From Histomonas meleagridis 2922-C6/04-290x (taxonomy: Eukaryota > Protista > Parabasalia): 64,000 nt of DNA. Under the pieces are notes generated by a model. That model saw only the letters and a program-made list of their open reading frames with translations, made no database searches and was not told the DNA's origin. A program made the position numbers and the translations under genes. This document shows positions 22,635-33,941 of this stretch, piece by piece; position 1 is the stretch's first letter; the number at the start of each line of letters is the position of its first letter. The stretch covers positions 372,001 to 436,000 of the forward strand of contig JAANOX010000034.1 in NCBI GenBank assembly GCA_020184695.1, read 5' to 3'.

Positions 22635-24771
22635 TATTTCTATAAATATAAAAACACCTAAACATAAAATGCTCCACTGTATTGTTCATACATTAATAAT
22701 TGACAAAAATTTTGACGAGTAAATACCCAAGTGGATATGCATCTTTCATTTCACTTATAGGAGAAGAATCTGTTAAAACTTTTCCCAAATTTAAATATTT
22801 TTCAAATTCATTTAAAGAAACAGTATCGACAGTATTATTTGGATCCATCGCAACAAAACGTTTTCATAATCTCGCTCTTGCGGTTTTGACTGCATGAAGC
22901 ATATTAAGAACCCAAAAATCTTTTTTATGATTAGAAATTGCATCCAATATTTCACTTATTGATTCAATTATTCCAAATCTTATAAGTTATTAAATGATAT
23001 GAATTATATTTCAGTTCTCAATCAGCAATAAAAAATTTTATTTGGATTCCATTATTTTCACATTGAAAAATTATGTATTGTAGTGTTTTTATGATTTCAT
23101 CGATAGGATGCCCATCTTTCGAAAAACATATATGTAAAACCTTAGTTTTATAATGTTTTTTGTAGGGATTTAACATTATTGCAAAGAAATTTGTATTGAT
23201 TTTGAATCATATTCTTCTTTTATTGGAATCTCCTCGTTGTTTTTTATACACTCTTCATATAATGCTTCAAAATTTTTGAAAATTTCTTGGATATTTTTGC
23301 CATTTTCTTTGATATCTGGTGTCAAGATCATTGAATGAAAAAGCTTTACAGCAGCAGCATCATTACTTATACTTGAAATAATAAGTGGAATTTTTTTTAT
23401 TCCATTTTGATAAAAAAAATTCATTTATTTTATTATCAATTTTATTCTTATCAACAAGATCATTAATTTCATTCTCAAGCATACCTTTAAAATGTTCTCT
23501 TAATGATGTTTGAGACGGAAGAGGAACAACTTGTCTCATGTGATTATAAGCATCTGGCGATAAGGAATTTAAAATATATGCAAATTTATATATGTCAATG
23601 TCATAACTTTAGAAATTTATTTATATAGATTTGAATGACAGATGGAGAGAAAATGTTGAAAAAATTCAAAATTTTTAACATTTGGTTTCGATGGAATAGG
23701 TTTTTTAAATTGGTTCAAGTTGTTTTGTATCTTTTCTATATATGCACATAATAATTCATATTTGGACTTTAATAAGTTATTTTTTTGTACAAGATATAAT
23801 AATTGCTTTTTTAAAATTGTATTTTTATGTCTTTCAATTCCTATAATTTGTTCCAGTTTTGATATTTCTCTTTAGTGTTGCGCCTTTAATGATCCAATAA
23901 ATAAATTAAAGTTGTTTTTTTTCTCCGAATTCAAAAAAAGATGGCGCAAAAAACCGTTTTAAAGGCAAATTAATACAAACAGACACTGTGAAAAAAATGC
24001 TTGAATTCGTATCTAAAGAAATCAAAATTTTGGAAAATTGTCAGGATCATTTTTCGCGAAACCAAAATAAATCAAAATAATTGCTATTTTGGTCTATGAT
24101 GTTAGATTCTTGAATTCTGCAGTCAATTTTTACGGCAGAAATACATGATGCAATATGTATGTCAAAAAAATAATTTTGATAAATTATCTCAATCACTAAT
24201 TAATTTTTTCCATTTTACTTAGCACAGTGATAGAGTCCAATTATAGAATGATTTATTTCATTAAAAAAAATTCACTTTTAATGAGATTTCAAAAAATTGA
24301 TCAAAATCATTATTTCTTTAAAATTTCATCAAAATTTGAATTTATGGTATACATATATATTATCATTATTTTATTTAAGATAAGTTTATTTTATAATTTA
24401 TATCTTGAGATATTTATATTTTAAACATACATGGTCCAACCCACCAAAGGACTTGGAAAGTAAAAAAGAACATGCAATATCTCACCTAGTACCTCAGTAT
24501 GTTAGATAGTTATGTTGATATCATAGATGACAACGTTGGTTTGGAAGATAATAAATCGCAATTTGTCTATTTTTTTTTATTTATTCTTCAACTTCCAATT
24601 CATATTCTAATTCTGTTTATAAAGAGCATTATTCCTGTTATCGTGTCTTTGTTACTCAAACAAGTGAAAACATGCTTGATTTTCCCGATTCATAATTTAA
24701 ACGGTCGTTTATTATTCGTTTCTGGTAGGTGTGGTTGTCTCAAAAAACAAATTTTCTTCCAACCTTACTGA

Positions 24772-26749
24772 TTATTGTTCTTTGGTATCCTCATCTCCAT
24801 AGTCTGCATCATTTATAGGCTCATGTTTGCAAAATGAAATGAGTCTGGCTAAGATTGTACAATTGCTGATTAGACTTCCTTGATAGGTTACTTCCAACCT
24901 AACACCTGCCGCCTTCCACTGAGCATGAATTCTATTCAACCACATTACAAACTCTGCCAGGTCAGGGCATAACTCAATAGCAGTTTCAAATAATATATCT
25001 TCACTTCCAGCTTGTCTCTCCATGACGACATTGACAGCCTCAAACACTTGTTCCATAGTTAGTACTTGGGGTGGCTCCTCAAATACATTGCCCTGCTCTT
25101 CAGTAAGTTTCACTCCACCTACATTCATCCTGGTTCTTATGTTGATCTTTCGAGCTATCACAGTTGTCAAATCATCCATTAAGGTGAGACGTGAAAATGC
25201 ACTCATAATCTTTTCCCAGCTGTGTTTGTTATGACACATAATACGTATTAAACCAAACTGACATTCAACATTATGTGTTCCAAATCTTTCCAGACACAGA
25301 TCATCAGACCTTGCTCTTAACTCTCTCAAAACACCAATCAATGTGTTCATAATTCGAATGCATTGATTGAGTGAACAACAATATTGCGTACCATGATTAC
25401 GTTTCACTTGTTGTACATTTGGTGTTAGCCTGTCTAAGTTTTTTGCATGATATGCAAAAATATCAAGTGAAGAACAAAGATAATCCAGTCGTGTTTGAGG
25501 TGACAGCGATGAATTACGAATAGCATGTGACCATAGAGCATACGGAAGTATGTAAAACGCCATGTTAATGTGACTAGAATGTAACAATTGGAAGAAGTTT
25601 TCCATAGTAAAGATCTTCAAACAATAATGATCCTTCATCCTTCCTTTTGGTGACGTGTCTGGTAATTGAACTCCAAGCTGTAGTACTTTTTCCATATCAA
25701 GCGCGGTGAAGGCTAGCTTACCGTTTGTACATATTGAGATTTGTCCATTCAATATCCTGCTTCTAGCATTGTTCAATAGATGTAAGAAGTCGCCAATTAT
25801 CAATCTATCATTCTGCAGAATCCCAAGTGCATTCTCAATTCCCTTATTTCTAAAAATAGGCCACCACTGGTTGAATCGTTCGCGATGAATTATAGAGTAT
25901 CCGAAATCACCGTCACTTGCTATACAGCAAACATTGAAACCATTTGCATCTAAAAAATCAGCAGATATCTTAGCCGAATTCTGACATCTTAATCTGCATT
26001 GTCCTTTATGTATGGTAACACATGTAAAGGAAGCCATTTATACTTGCATGATAAAGGTTGTAAATGTATTAAAAATGCATTATTGTCCCCTCTCTTTGCA
26101 TCATAAATTTCTTTTGTAATAGGTTCCATTGACATAGCATCTATACCCAAAACAATATCCACTTTCTCAAAATACTGAATGTTATGTCTTCTTCTAAATA
26201 GGTTGATAATGCGGATTGTTTCCGAACATATGGTTAAACACTCCTTCCACGAATTTTGAATATGGCTAAAGTGATTGTACAGCGTCTGTTTACATGGCAA
26301 TGTTATGACGGAGCGAAGATAGTCATAACACTTACTTCTGAGAGTTCTTAATATGAAACAAAATATAATTACATTGGGACTCCATTGCCGAGATTTAGGA
26401 AAACGATTGGAATTGTTCTGTGATTCAAATGATAATTGTTCCCCAAAAGGTATGGGTTTGTATACGGGCTCGTCAACCGATTTTTATTTCCTCAAATATT
26501 CTTCATAGAACTCCCTTTGACCCTTAAAAGATCTTGGTGGAAGTAATGTGGGATCATGATCTTCTATTATTTTCTCGAGTATCTGGGTTCTTTTCTTGTA
26601 GTACCCCAATGATTGTTCAAGATTAGAAATATCCTTTTTTAGCCTACCAATTTGCCTGGAAAGGGTTGCTTTCTCTGTTTTTTTTGCTCATTAAATTTGT
26701 CAAAATTGATTCAACATGATCATTATGAATTGAAAAACTTATCGTTCAT
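24772..26749 (-). mobile_element. P-element/THAP9-like DDE transposase, disrupted (stops at 26484-26486 and 25989-25991, frameshifts); 5' end approximate
   Basis: Coiled coil, then FCFILRTLRSKCYDYLRSVITLPCKQTL, LGIDAM (D1), CIASDGD (D2), DFLHLLNNARSRI, RMKD, ERFGTHNVECQFGLIR (E): the P-transposase motif order. Confidence 0.8.
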
Positions 26750-28570
26750 ACGTTAAGAAGCAGTGAAAAGAAAAGCTTTTGCACCTATCTCCTTCACTTG
26801 CCACTACGCTTATAACATATAAAAGATCAAAGAGTGATGGTGTATCATTCTATGTAATTTTATTGCATAAAAAGCACAGTGTTTGATTGTTAATTTTTAT
26901 TACCGTGAATTGACCTTCCTAGAATATATAAACAGGAAACCTCACACTTATGCTAAAAGATATTTAATTGCATGCAATTAATTATAAAAAATATAGAAGT
27001 TTTATTCTTTTTACATATTAGAATGCATGATGAAATGATTTTGTTATTAGTTTTCTTGATATTGGACGTTGAAAACATTACAACATTGATATATAGTTTA
27101 GACTTAGGTTTATAGTTTACGTTGATAGGTGTGGCTAAGCGATTTGTAGTGGTACATCTTTTTCTATAAGTAAATCAAGTTGATCTATTGATTTTTCATG
27201 AAAGGAGAGAAAGAATCATGTTAATGCTTGATATATAGAATGACTAGCTACATAGAAATGTTGTTCTTACAGATAATTGAAAATGAACATTTTGAGATTA
27301 CAGATGCGCATCTGCCAGCATGGAATGATCAAAATTTTAAATTCGATTTTTTGAATGATTTATACTCTACACATAATAGAAGCAATATCACTAAATTTTT
27401 ACTATACACCTATGGATCGTTTTCGAGATATTTTCGTTTTAAATTTTCTTGGACCACTTATTTTTAAACTAATATACGGTTTTGACATTCTGCCGCGTTA
27501 CCTCTATTTTAATTATTTTTATATATATTTTTATTTATCTCATTACGCATTCTGTGTTAAAAACATTGCTTTATCCCTGAGCACAGGCAATACATGCTTA
27601 GCATCAGATGCCTTTTGATCAACATAAAACGGCTTAAACATTTGTATTACGAATTGTTTTTGCTTCAGCAAAGGCAACTCAAAGTTCACTTTGTCTTCGC
27701 TTTCACCATGTTTCTGATAGTTTTTTATTATTTCAAGTTTTTGGAGAGATGTCGGAGTGAACTTTTGGTTTTCAATTTCAAATGTGATGGTATCATTTTG
27801 ATTTGGTCGAAAAATTATATATCTGATCCTTACGTAGTTAGATTTCCTTCTCCCCATCAGTCAATATGGAGAAATTGGCATTTTTTATGCTTCACTCAAA
27901 ATTTGGTAAATTTACCATTTAGGCAATTCATTTCACTAAATTTTGGCATTTTTAGAAAATAAAAAGGTGAAAAATCATGAAGAACGTTTTCTTTTGATTT
28001 TTGTGAATGAGTTTGTAGAAAACTGAAACGGAAGTGAATTGTTGAGAGGAGCTATGCAACTTGTGAATGAGCTTATAATTTAAAGTTATTGAAGTTCTAA
28101 AAATTGTTTAATTAAACAAATCATAAAGATATTTTAAACGACATAAAGATTCTTTTGTTCATATTGCAATATGAAATCATTCTGTTAATGTTAAATTGTC
28201 AATAAAAAAGATATATCTAGTTATTATTATTCATTTGTGTAAAATTTGAATCGATATACTTCAGTAAATTTATAATGAATGGTGTGAAAGTACATTTTTG
28301 AAACAAATATTTCATATACATATGAAAGCATTTAAATATTTGTGTTCCCTTAAGTAATAATAATTGCTGTATCGGTGTTAATTTGAAGATAATGAAATTT
28401 CATTATATTTAAATTGAAGTTCAATACCAATGAAACAAATAACCAAAATTTTGATGTGCTGTAACACACTATATTCTAAATATTAGTTGCGTAACTATTT
28501 CCTAAGAAGAAGATAGTTTAATCCATTCGTCAGTTTACATATCGGTTATAGGGCACCCCGCCACAGGTCA

Positions 28571-28927
28571 ATGGAAACAGAAACAAACAACCTTAATGGC
28601 TTGGATCCATTGGAAACAACACCATTTCTTGGAAATGGTTCAACTCAACAACCCGATGAAGCTCAACCAAAAAAAGCATGGAATAGATTTATTGGAATCA
28701 TTATTTCAATTATAATTGGCTTATATGCAGGATATATTTGTCGAACGATGCAAGAAGCATGGGTTTACTCAGCATTGTTCTGTTGTGAAGCAATTATATG
28801 CACATTTATATCATCTTTCTTTAAAACATATAATATCAGAAAAACAGTGAGTCAGTTTGCTTTGTACTTCTTACTGTCTGCGATTTCCACTGTAATCTGC
28901 TGCTATTTTTGGATTAAATATAATTAA
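28571..28927 (+). CDS. Small multi-pass membrane protein, 118 aa
   Basis: Acidic N-terminal tail followed by three hydrophobic segments. Confidence 0.7.
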   Translation: METETNNLNGLDPLETTPFLGNGSTQQPDEAQPKKAWNRFIGIIISIIIGLYAGYICRTMQEAWVYSALFCCEAIICTFISSFFKTYNIRKTVSQFALYFLLSAISTVICCYFWIKYN

Positions 28928-29093
28928 AGTATTATTCTCCTTTAATTTGATTTTCTCGAAAACTTAAACAATCAATCTTTTTTAGGCTTTTTTAATATTG
29001 AGATCGTTCATGAAATTATTTTTTTTTTAATTAAAAAATGTTCTTCCATTTTAACGTTCTCCAACAACAAACGTCAAAACCGCATAAGCCCGG

Positions 29094-30374
29094 ATGTCTG
29101 CTGTTTACATACTTGATAACAAAGGCCGCGTCCTTATTAATTTTGATTATCGAGGTGAAGTTGACTTATCCATTCCAGATAAGTTCATGACTTATATTCA
29201 AATGAATGACAAGATCCTTCCAAATCCTGTCTTTCGCATTGATGACTGGTGTTTTGCATATATTGACCGAGCTGGTATGTACTTCTTCACAGTTACTCGT
29301 AATAATAGTAATGTTACTCTTCTTCTTACTTTTCTTTCATCTCTTGCCAAACTTTTTGAAGATTATCTCGGCACATTAACACCAGAAGCTATTATTGACA
29401 ACTTTTCTCTCATCTATGAACTTCTTGACGAAGTCATGGATTATGGTTATCCCCAAACTCTTGATTCAGAAGCACTAAGTGAATATATCCTTCGAAACAA
29501 GCCCAAAGCTCTTAGTGACCAACCCACCAATGTTCCAGTCAATGCCACTGGGCTTGTTACATGGCGCAAACCGAATATTGAATATTCTGTTAATGAAGTA
29601 TTTTGCGATGTGATCGAGAAAGTCAATATGTTAGTCGCTAAGAATGGCACAGTCATCCACAACGAGATCACAGGCGAGATTAACATGGCCGCATACTTAT
29701 CTGGTATGCCTGAAATTCGCATTGGATTAAATGACAAAATTTTATTTGACAAAGATGATCAAAACCAGCACCAAACCGATGTATCTCGCCGAGTCTTTGA
29801 GCTTGAAGACATTAAATTCCATCCATGTGTTCGGCTATCACAATTTGAGCGAGATCGTTCCATCACATTCATACCTCCCGACCGTGAATTCACACTTATG
29901 ACGTATCGCTTGTCAGCTGCTATTAAGCCCATCATCCATATCGATTCTACGATTGAAAGATACAAGAATTCAAGAGTCGAAATGTTAATTCGAGCACGCG
30001 CACAATACCGACCGCAATCAGTGGCACAAAATGTGCAAATAAAGATACCAGTTCCGCCAGATGTTGATACACCTAAAGCGCAATGCACCGCTGGTCGAAT
30101 GCGATATAGTCCAAACGAAAACGCATTGATTTGGACTATAAAACAATTCCCCGGCCGAAAGCAGTTCTCGTTAAGAGCTCATTTTGGATTGCCAAGCGTA
30201 GAAAGTGAAGAAGAAGAAGCAAAGAGGCCAATTGTGGTATCGTTTGAAATTCCATTCTTCACCGTGTCAGGGTTAAGGGTACAGTACTTGAAGGTGTTCG
30301 AGAAAAGTGGTTATCAAACAGTAAATTGGGTGAGGTACCTGACCAAGGATGGAACATATGAATTCAGAACATAA
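29094..30374 (+). CDS. AP1M1: AP-1 complex medium (mu1) subunit
   Basis: DNFSLIYELLDEVMDYGYPQ, WRKPNIEY..NEVF.DV, EDIKFHPCVRL, FIPPD, RAHFGLPSV, FEIPFFTVSGLRVQYLK, WVRY. Confidence 0.95.
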   Translation: MSAVYILDNKGRVLINFDYRGEVDLSIPDKFMTYIQMNDKILPNPVFRIDDWCFAYIDRAGMYFFTVTRNNSNVTLLLTFLSSLAKLFEDYLGTLTPEAIIDNFSLIYELLDEVMDYGYPQTLDSEALSEYILRNKPKALSDQPTNVPVNATGLVTWRKPNIEYSVNEVFCDVIEKVNMLVAKNGTVIHNEITGEINMAAYLSGMPEIRIGLNDKILFDKDDQNQHQTDVSRRVFELEDIKFHPCVRLSQFERDRSITFIPPDREFTLMTYRLSAAIKPIIHIDSTIERYKNSRVEMLIRARAQYRPQSVAQNVQIKIPVPPDVDTPKAQCTAGRMRYSPNENALIWTIKQFPGRKQFSLRAHFGLPSVESEEEEAKRPIVVSFEIPFFTVSGLRVQYLKVFEKSGYQTVNWVRYLTKDGTYEFRT

Positions 30375-30547
30375 ATAAGTAAACAAAAAACTTTTGAATA
30401 ATAATTGTAGTTAACAATTTGTTTTGTTCGTGAATGGTATTAACAAAAATGATTTATGTTATCATTATAATGAATTCAAATGAGAGAATTTTAAAGAAGA
30501 TAAAGAATTATAATAAAAAATTTAGCTTCAATTTTTGATGAAGTGAA

Positions 30548-31108
30548 ATGACATTTTTATTATTATTTAACGGTCGTGAATACACAAAATTAAGGTGCCC
30601 CAAAATTAACTCCATTGGAATGGAAATGAATGGTATCGAGCACGCTATATTCGAAATCGAAACAGGGCCATCAAAACTTGAAAAAGCTATGAAAAAATTA
30701 TCTGAAGTTAACTATACAGACGTACCTATTTTGATTGATCTATTATTTTTGATTTTTATGTATGGAATTTACTTCAAGTATAGGCATAGCCTTGTTATAT
30801 CCTCATTACAGTTTTTCTTTTTATGCACTTTAATATATTATTCACCTTTAATAAATGACTTTTTTCAGGAAAATTGGCAAGATTACAAATTTTCTGCAAA
30901 TTATTTTGATTCTGAAGGTTTATTTATGTTCATGTTCTTATCTCTTCCATTTTCATTTATTTGTATTTTATTAATTTTTGCATTGTTTCTTGACTTGTGT
31001 AAATCAATTGCTGTTCATAGATATTTTGCATCAATCATTTCAAAGGATATCAAAGGGAAAGCTCAAAAAACTCAAGAACCCGTAAAAGAACAACCATTAG
31101 AAGAATAA
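30548..31108 (+). CDS. TMEM18: TMEM18-like membrane protein
   Basis: IN...ENWQDYKFSANYFDSEGLFM...LP matches the TMEM18 NW..F...YFDS.G.F...P signature; true start may be a downstream ATG. Confidence 0.7.
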   Translation: MTFLLLFNGREYTKLRCPKINSIGMEMNGIEHAIFEIETGPSKLEKAMKKLSEVNYTDVPILIDLLFLIFMYGIYFKYRHSLVISSLQFFFLCTLIYYSPLINDFFQENWQDYKFSANYFDSEGLFMFMFLSLPFSFICILLIFALFLDLCKSIAVHRYFASIISKDIKGKAQKTQEPVKEQPLEE

Positions 31109-31495
31109 TAATTTGTAATATAAATAAATGTCAAAATAAATTTATTCTTTTTCCCAAATGAACAATCTTTTCAAAATTTCCATACTTCTATGCATGTATG
31201 AAGCTGGTTCTTCTTCAAGTGTTTTTGTTTGCATGATGTTATGGTGTAGGTACTTCATAATCGAGTTTCAAGTACTGCAATTCACATTTCTTTAAGTGTC
31301 TTATAGGAACAGTTAATACGTGAATGTAACGTTTTTGTCTTCGAAATAATATTATTTATTTTTTATACATAATGCTTTTTCGTACTAGAAGTAGATGACT
31401 TGAGAACGTTTATTTTGTTTGTTGTTATTGACTTTACTTAATTTAATTTTCAAACAGTAATTGGTCGGAACTCTGCCAAAGCCTAATTAGATGCA

Positions 31496-32860
31496 ATGAT
31501 CTATAAAGGAAGTTCGGTAAAAACTATTGATTTTCTTGGTGACCTTCAAAGCAGTGTTGATATGTCCCAACCTTTCAAAGATGATGATACTGATGATCAA
31601 ATAATATCTTTGTTTTTTTACAATTTTTCACAATTTCTTATGAATTTGGATTTACAAAATATAGATGTGATGGTTAATGAATTTTCTAAATTTCGTACTA
31701 GAAAGTATTTTACAGAATTTGAAGAAAACAATTTGCCTTATTTGTTAATGCACACCATAACAACACAAGACGACCCAATTTTGTTGCTTAGGTTATATGA
31801 ATTTATCAAAAATTTATTTATCCAAAATTTCAATTATTGTATTATATTGATCGACTCAGATTTTATTGGTATTTCATGGAATGTTTTTAATGAAGTTTCA
31901 TGTCTCGATTGTCAAATTCATGTACTAAAGTGTATCACATTGATTGCACGACATTCATTTGAATTGAGAGATATAATTCTACGAGTATTCACTTGTCAAT
32001 CTATGATTGGTTCGATTATTCAACATGGTGAGCGTAAGGAACTTATTCCAGAAATCTTTTTACTGTTTAATACTTATCTAGAACAACCTTGTCAAGAAGA
32101 AACCTATTGTCAAATCATAGATATAGTTATTAAATTGATTCCTTTTGCCAACAAAGTCAACGCATCCAGCTTTGTTTTTACTTTCTATATGCTTTCTCAA
32201 AACGGGAAAGTATTTTCTGAATATTACAAAAAGTGCCCGGCACTTTCCCACTTTTTAAATAGCTTTAAAAACTTCCAAAAGAACGACTTACCCATAGATT
32301 TATATATTTTAAGTTGTGTTTATGAAAATCTTCCACTATTAGATGAAGATCTTTTTGTTAGAGTCTGTAAATTTTTATATGATGAAAATGATGAATCAAT
32401 TCTTCTTCATGCATCAGAATTATTATGTGAATTTTTTAAGAAGGAAGAAAGTCAAATTAATACGAATTACATTCTTGGCATCATAGAAAGACTTGTTTCT
32501 ATCGAAAAGTCACATCGTACAGTAACAAAAATTTCGGCGTCATTAACGTTAATAACTATTTTAATAAGATTTCCAGAATTTATTGATAAGATTCCTCCTC
32601 AAGAACTGATGGAACTCTTAATCGATATGCTCGAGATAGAAAATACAAACGTGACTTATAGCGCAATTTATTTGCTGTTACAAATTTTGGATCAAGAAAA
32701 TAAAATTGGCGAATCTGAGATGTTCGACCTGTTTATGAGTTTGGATGGAATGGACAATGTGTTGTCTTTGGCTGAGGGCGAGAATGAAGAAATTGCTGAA
32801 TATGCAAAATCAATTTTGATCTTTACAAGTCAAGAAAAAATTGTTTATTTTGATGAATAA
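31496..32860 (+). CDS. ARM/HEAT-repeat-like hypothetical protein, 454 aa
   Basis: Long helical Leu/Ile-rich ORF ending in an importin-alpha-like GMDNVLSLAEGENEEIAEYAKSIL segment. Confidence 0.65.
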   Translation: MIYKGSSVKTIDFLGDLQSSVDMSQPFKDDDTDDQIISLFFYNFSQFLMNLDLQNIDVMVNEFSKFRTRKYFTEFEENNLPYLLMHTITTQDDPILLLRLYEFIKNLFIQNFNYCIILIDSDFIGISWNVFNEVSCLDCQIHVLKCITLIARHSFELRDIILRVFTCQSMIGSIIQHGERKELIPEIFLLFNTYLEQPCQEETYCQIIDIVIKLIPFANKVNASSFVFTFYMLSQNGKVFSEYYKKCPALSHFLNSFKNFQKNDLPIDLYILSCVYENLPLLDEDLFVRVCKFLYDENDESILLHASELLCEFFKKEESQINTNYILGIIERLVSIEKSHRTVTKISASLTLITILIRFPEFIDKIPPQELMELLIDMLEIENTNVTYSAIYLLLQILDQENKIGESEMFDLFMSLDGMDNVLSLAEGENEEIAEYAKSILIFTSQEKIVYFDE

Positions 32861-33156
32861 AATGTTTTTATATAATTATTCAAAGTGGCCGTGCGCTGTA
32901 AGCTAATTTTTTTTTTTATGAAGTGCAAATAAATATTTCCGAAAATGTTGAGTAAAAAGACGAAAATAAACTTTTCAATTCGATCAAGTTTTTACTCATT
33001 GAATGATGGAAATTGTGGAAAAAATTCTTGACAAAGAAGTAATGCATTTTCCAAAAACCTGATACTAAGTGAAAATTCTTTTTCTTCGAGAGCTTCCCCT
33101 TATTCCATATTGATGCAAAAATGTTTGGGATCCTGATAACTTGAAAACAAAAAAAA

Positions 33157-33230
33157 AGCCACCGGCGGGACTCGAACCCGCAACCCCAAGATTAAGAGTC
33201 TTATGCTCTAGCCGATTGAGCTACGATGGC
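33157..33230 (-). tRNA. tRNA-Lys, anticodon CTT, intronless
   Basis: Manual cloverleaf: acceptor GCCATCG/CGGTGGC, D stem GCTC/GAGC, anticodon stem TAAGA/TCTTG with loop CTCTTAA, T arm GCGGG-TTCGAGT-CCCGC; followed by a T7 run (Pol III terminator). Confidence 0.95.
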
Positions 33231-33405
33231 AACCTATCTAATTTTAGAAATGCTGTACTACCTCCTGAATTTGTCCAATTTTATTTGCATTTTGGTCAAA
33301 ACGATTTGGAAATGGTATGTATATTACCATATGTGTGTGATTTGCTATTTTGTTTATTGATGTATTTCTTGGTTGAAACAAATATGTATTTATAATGTCG
33401 AAATA

Positions 33406-33862
33406 TTAGTCACTTTGTTCTCTGTTCATTGCTTCTCTTTGTTTTTGTAACCTTAGTTGTTGCACGGCGTCCTCGTGAAGTTGGTTCATTAATGCAATTT
33501 GTTCTTCTCTTGTTAAGTTATTTTTTTTCCTTTCTTCGTTCTCTAACCTTCGAGCAGAATTTTCTTTCTCGATACTTTTGCTCTTTTCTTGTGCTTTTTC
33601 CATTAATGTTTTAAAATCTAATTTTTCAAGTGCTGTCAAAACGTGTTTTTCGCTCATTGTACTCTTGTTTTGTTGAGCACATTCTGTAGCTGCTGTTTGA
33701 ACAAGCAATTCCATAAACTATTCGTTAGAAAAAAAAATATACTTCATTTGCACAAATACCAAGTGCAACAAGTGCATGGCCTCTTGCTTTTGCATTAGGG
33801 AATTTCGTTTTTAATAGTTTTTTCATACTTGGTGTGAAATTTAAAGTTGGAGCTTCAGACAT
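33406..33862 (-). CDS. DR1: NC2-beta/Dr1-like histone-fold transcription cofactor; two exons (33862-33743, 33717-33406), 143 aa
   Basis: Removing a 25-nt intron joins ...LGICANE|FMELLVQTAATECAQQNKSTMSEKHVLTALEKLDF, matching the Dr1/NF-YB fold pattern C..EFI.L....A.E.C....K.T...HV..AL..L.F. Confidence 0.8.
33718..33742 (-). other. 25-nt spliceosomal intron
   Basis: GTATATTTTTTTTTCTAACGAATAG: GT donor, CTAAC branch point fused to the AG acceptor; contains an in-frame TAA; removal restores the frame. Confidence 0.9.
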
Positions 33863-33941
33863 TGATTTTTTTTTTTTTTTGTGGGGAATACTAACAAACT
33901 TTGTGAAAATGCATTTGGGGCATCCCTATTAATATCGATAA

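Larger units (their letters stand above)
20844..23900 (-). mobile_element. Decayed P-element/THAP9-like transposase relic interrupted by the mariner element (upper boundary approximate)
   Basis: Manual translation: YKFAYILNSLSPDAYNHMRQVVPLPSQTSL (~23605-23500), SNDAAAV, NMLHAVKTARARL, TDSSPISEMKDAYPL (~22900-22740) and, beyond the mariner, KLLNTL...ERHSSHPLDYFFG (21344-20844), all colinear with the 24772-26749 transposase; many stops and frameshifts. Confidence 0.75.

Noticed and set aside
27026-27036. CATGATGAAAT, identical to the start of the Drosophila P-element TIR
   Set aside because: It points away from the adjacent P-like transposase, no inverted partner was found, and an 11-mer this AT-rich is expected by chance.
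20300-27300. Terminal inverted repeats or TSDs for the two P-like relics
   Set aside because: Only short, unordered similarities were found by eye, so element boundaries are not claimed.
33141-33395. 84-aa ORF
   Set aside because: It is the antisense reading of the tRNA-Lys gene plus flanking DNA.
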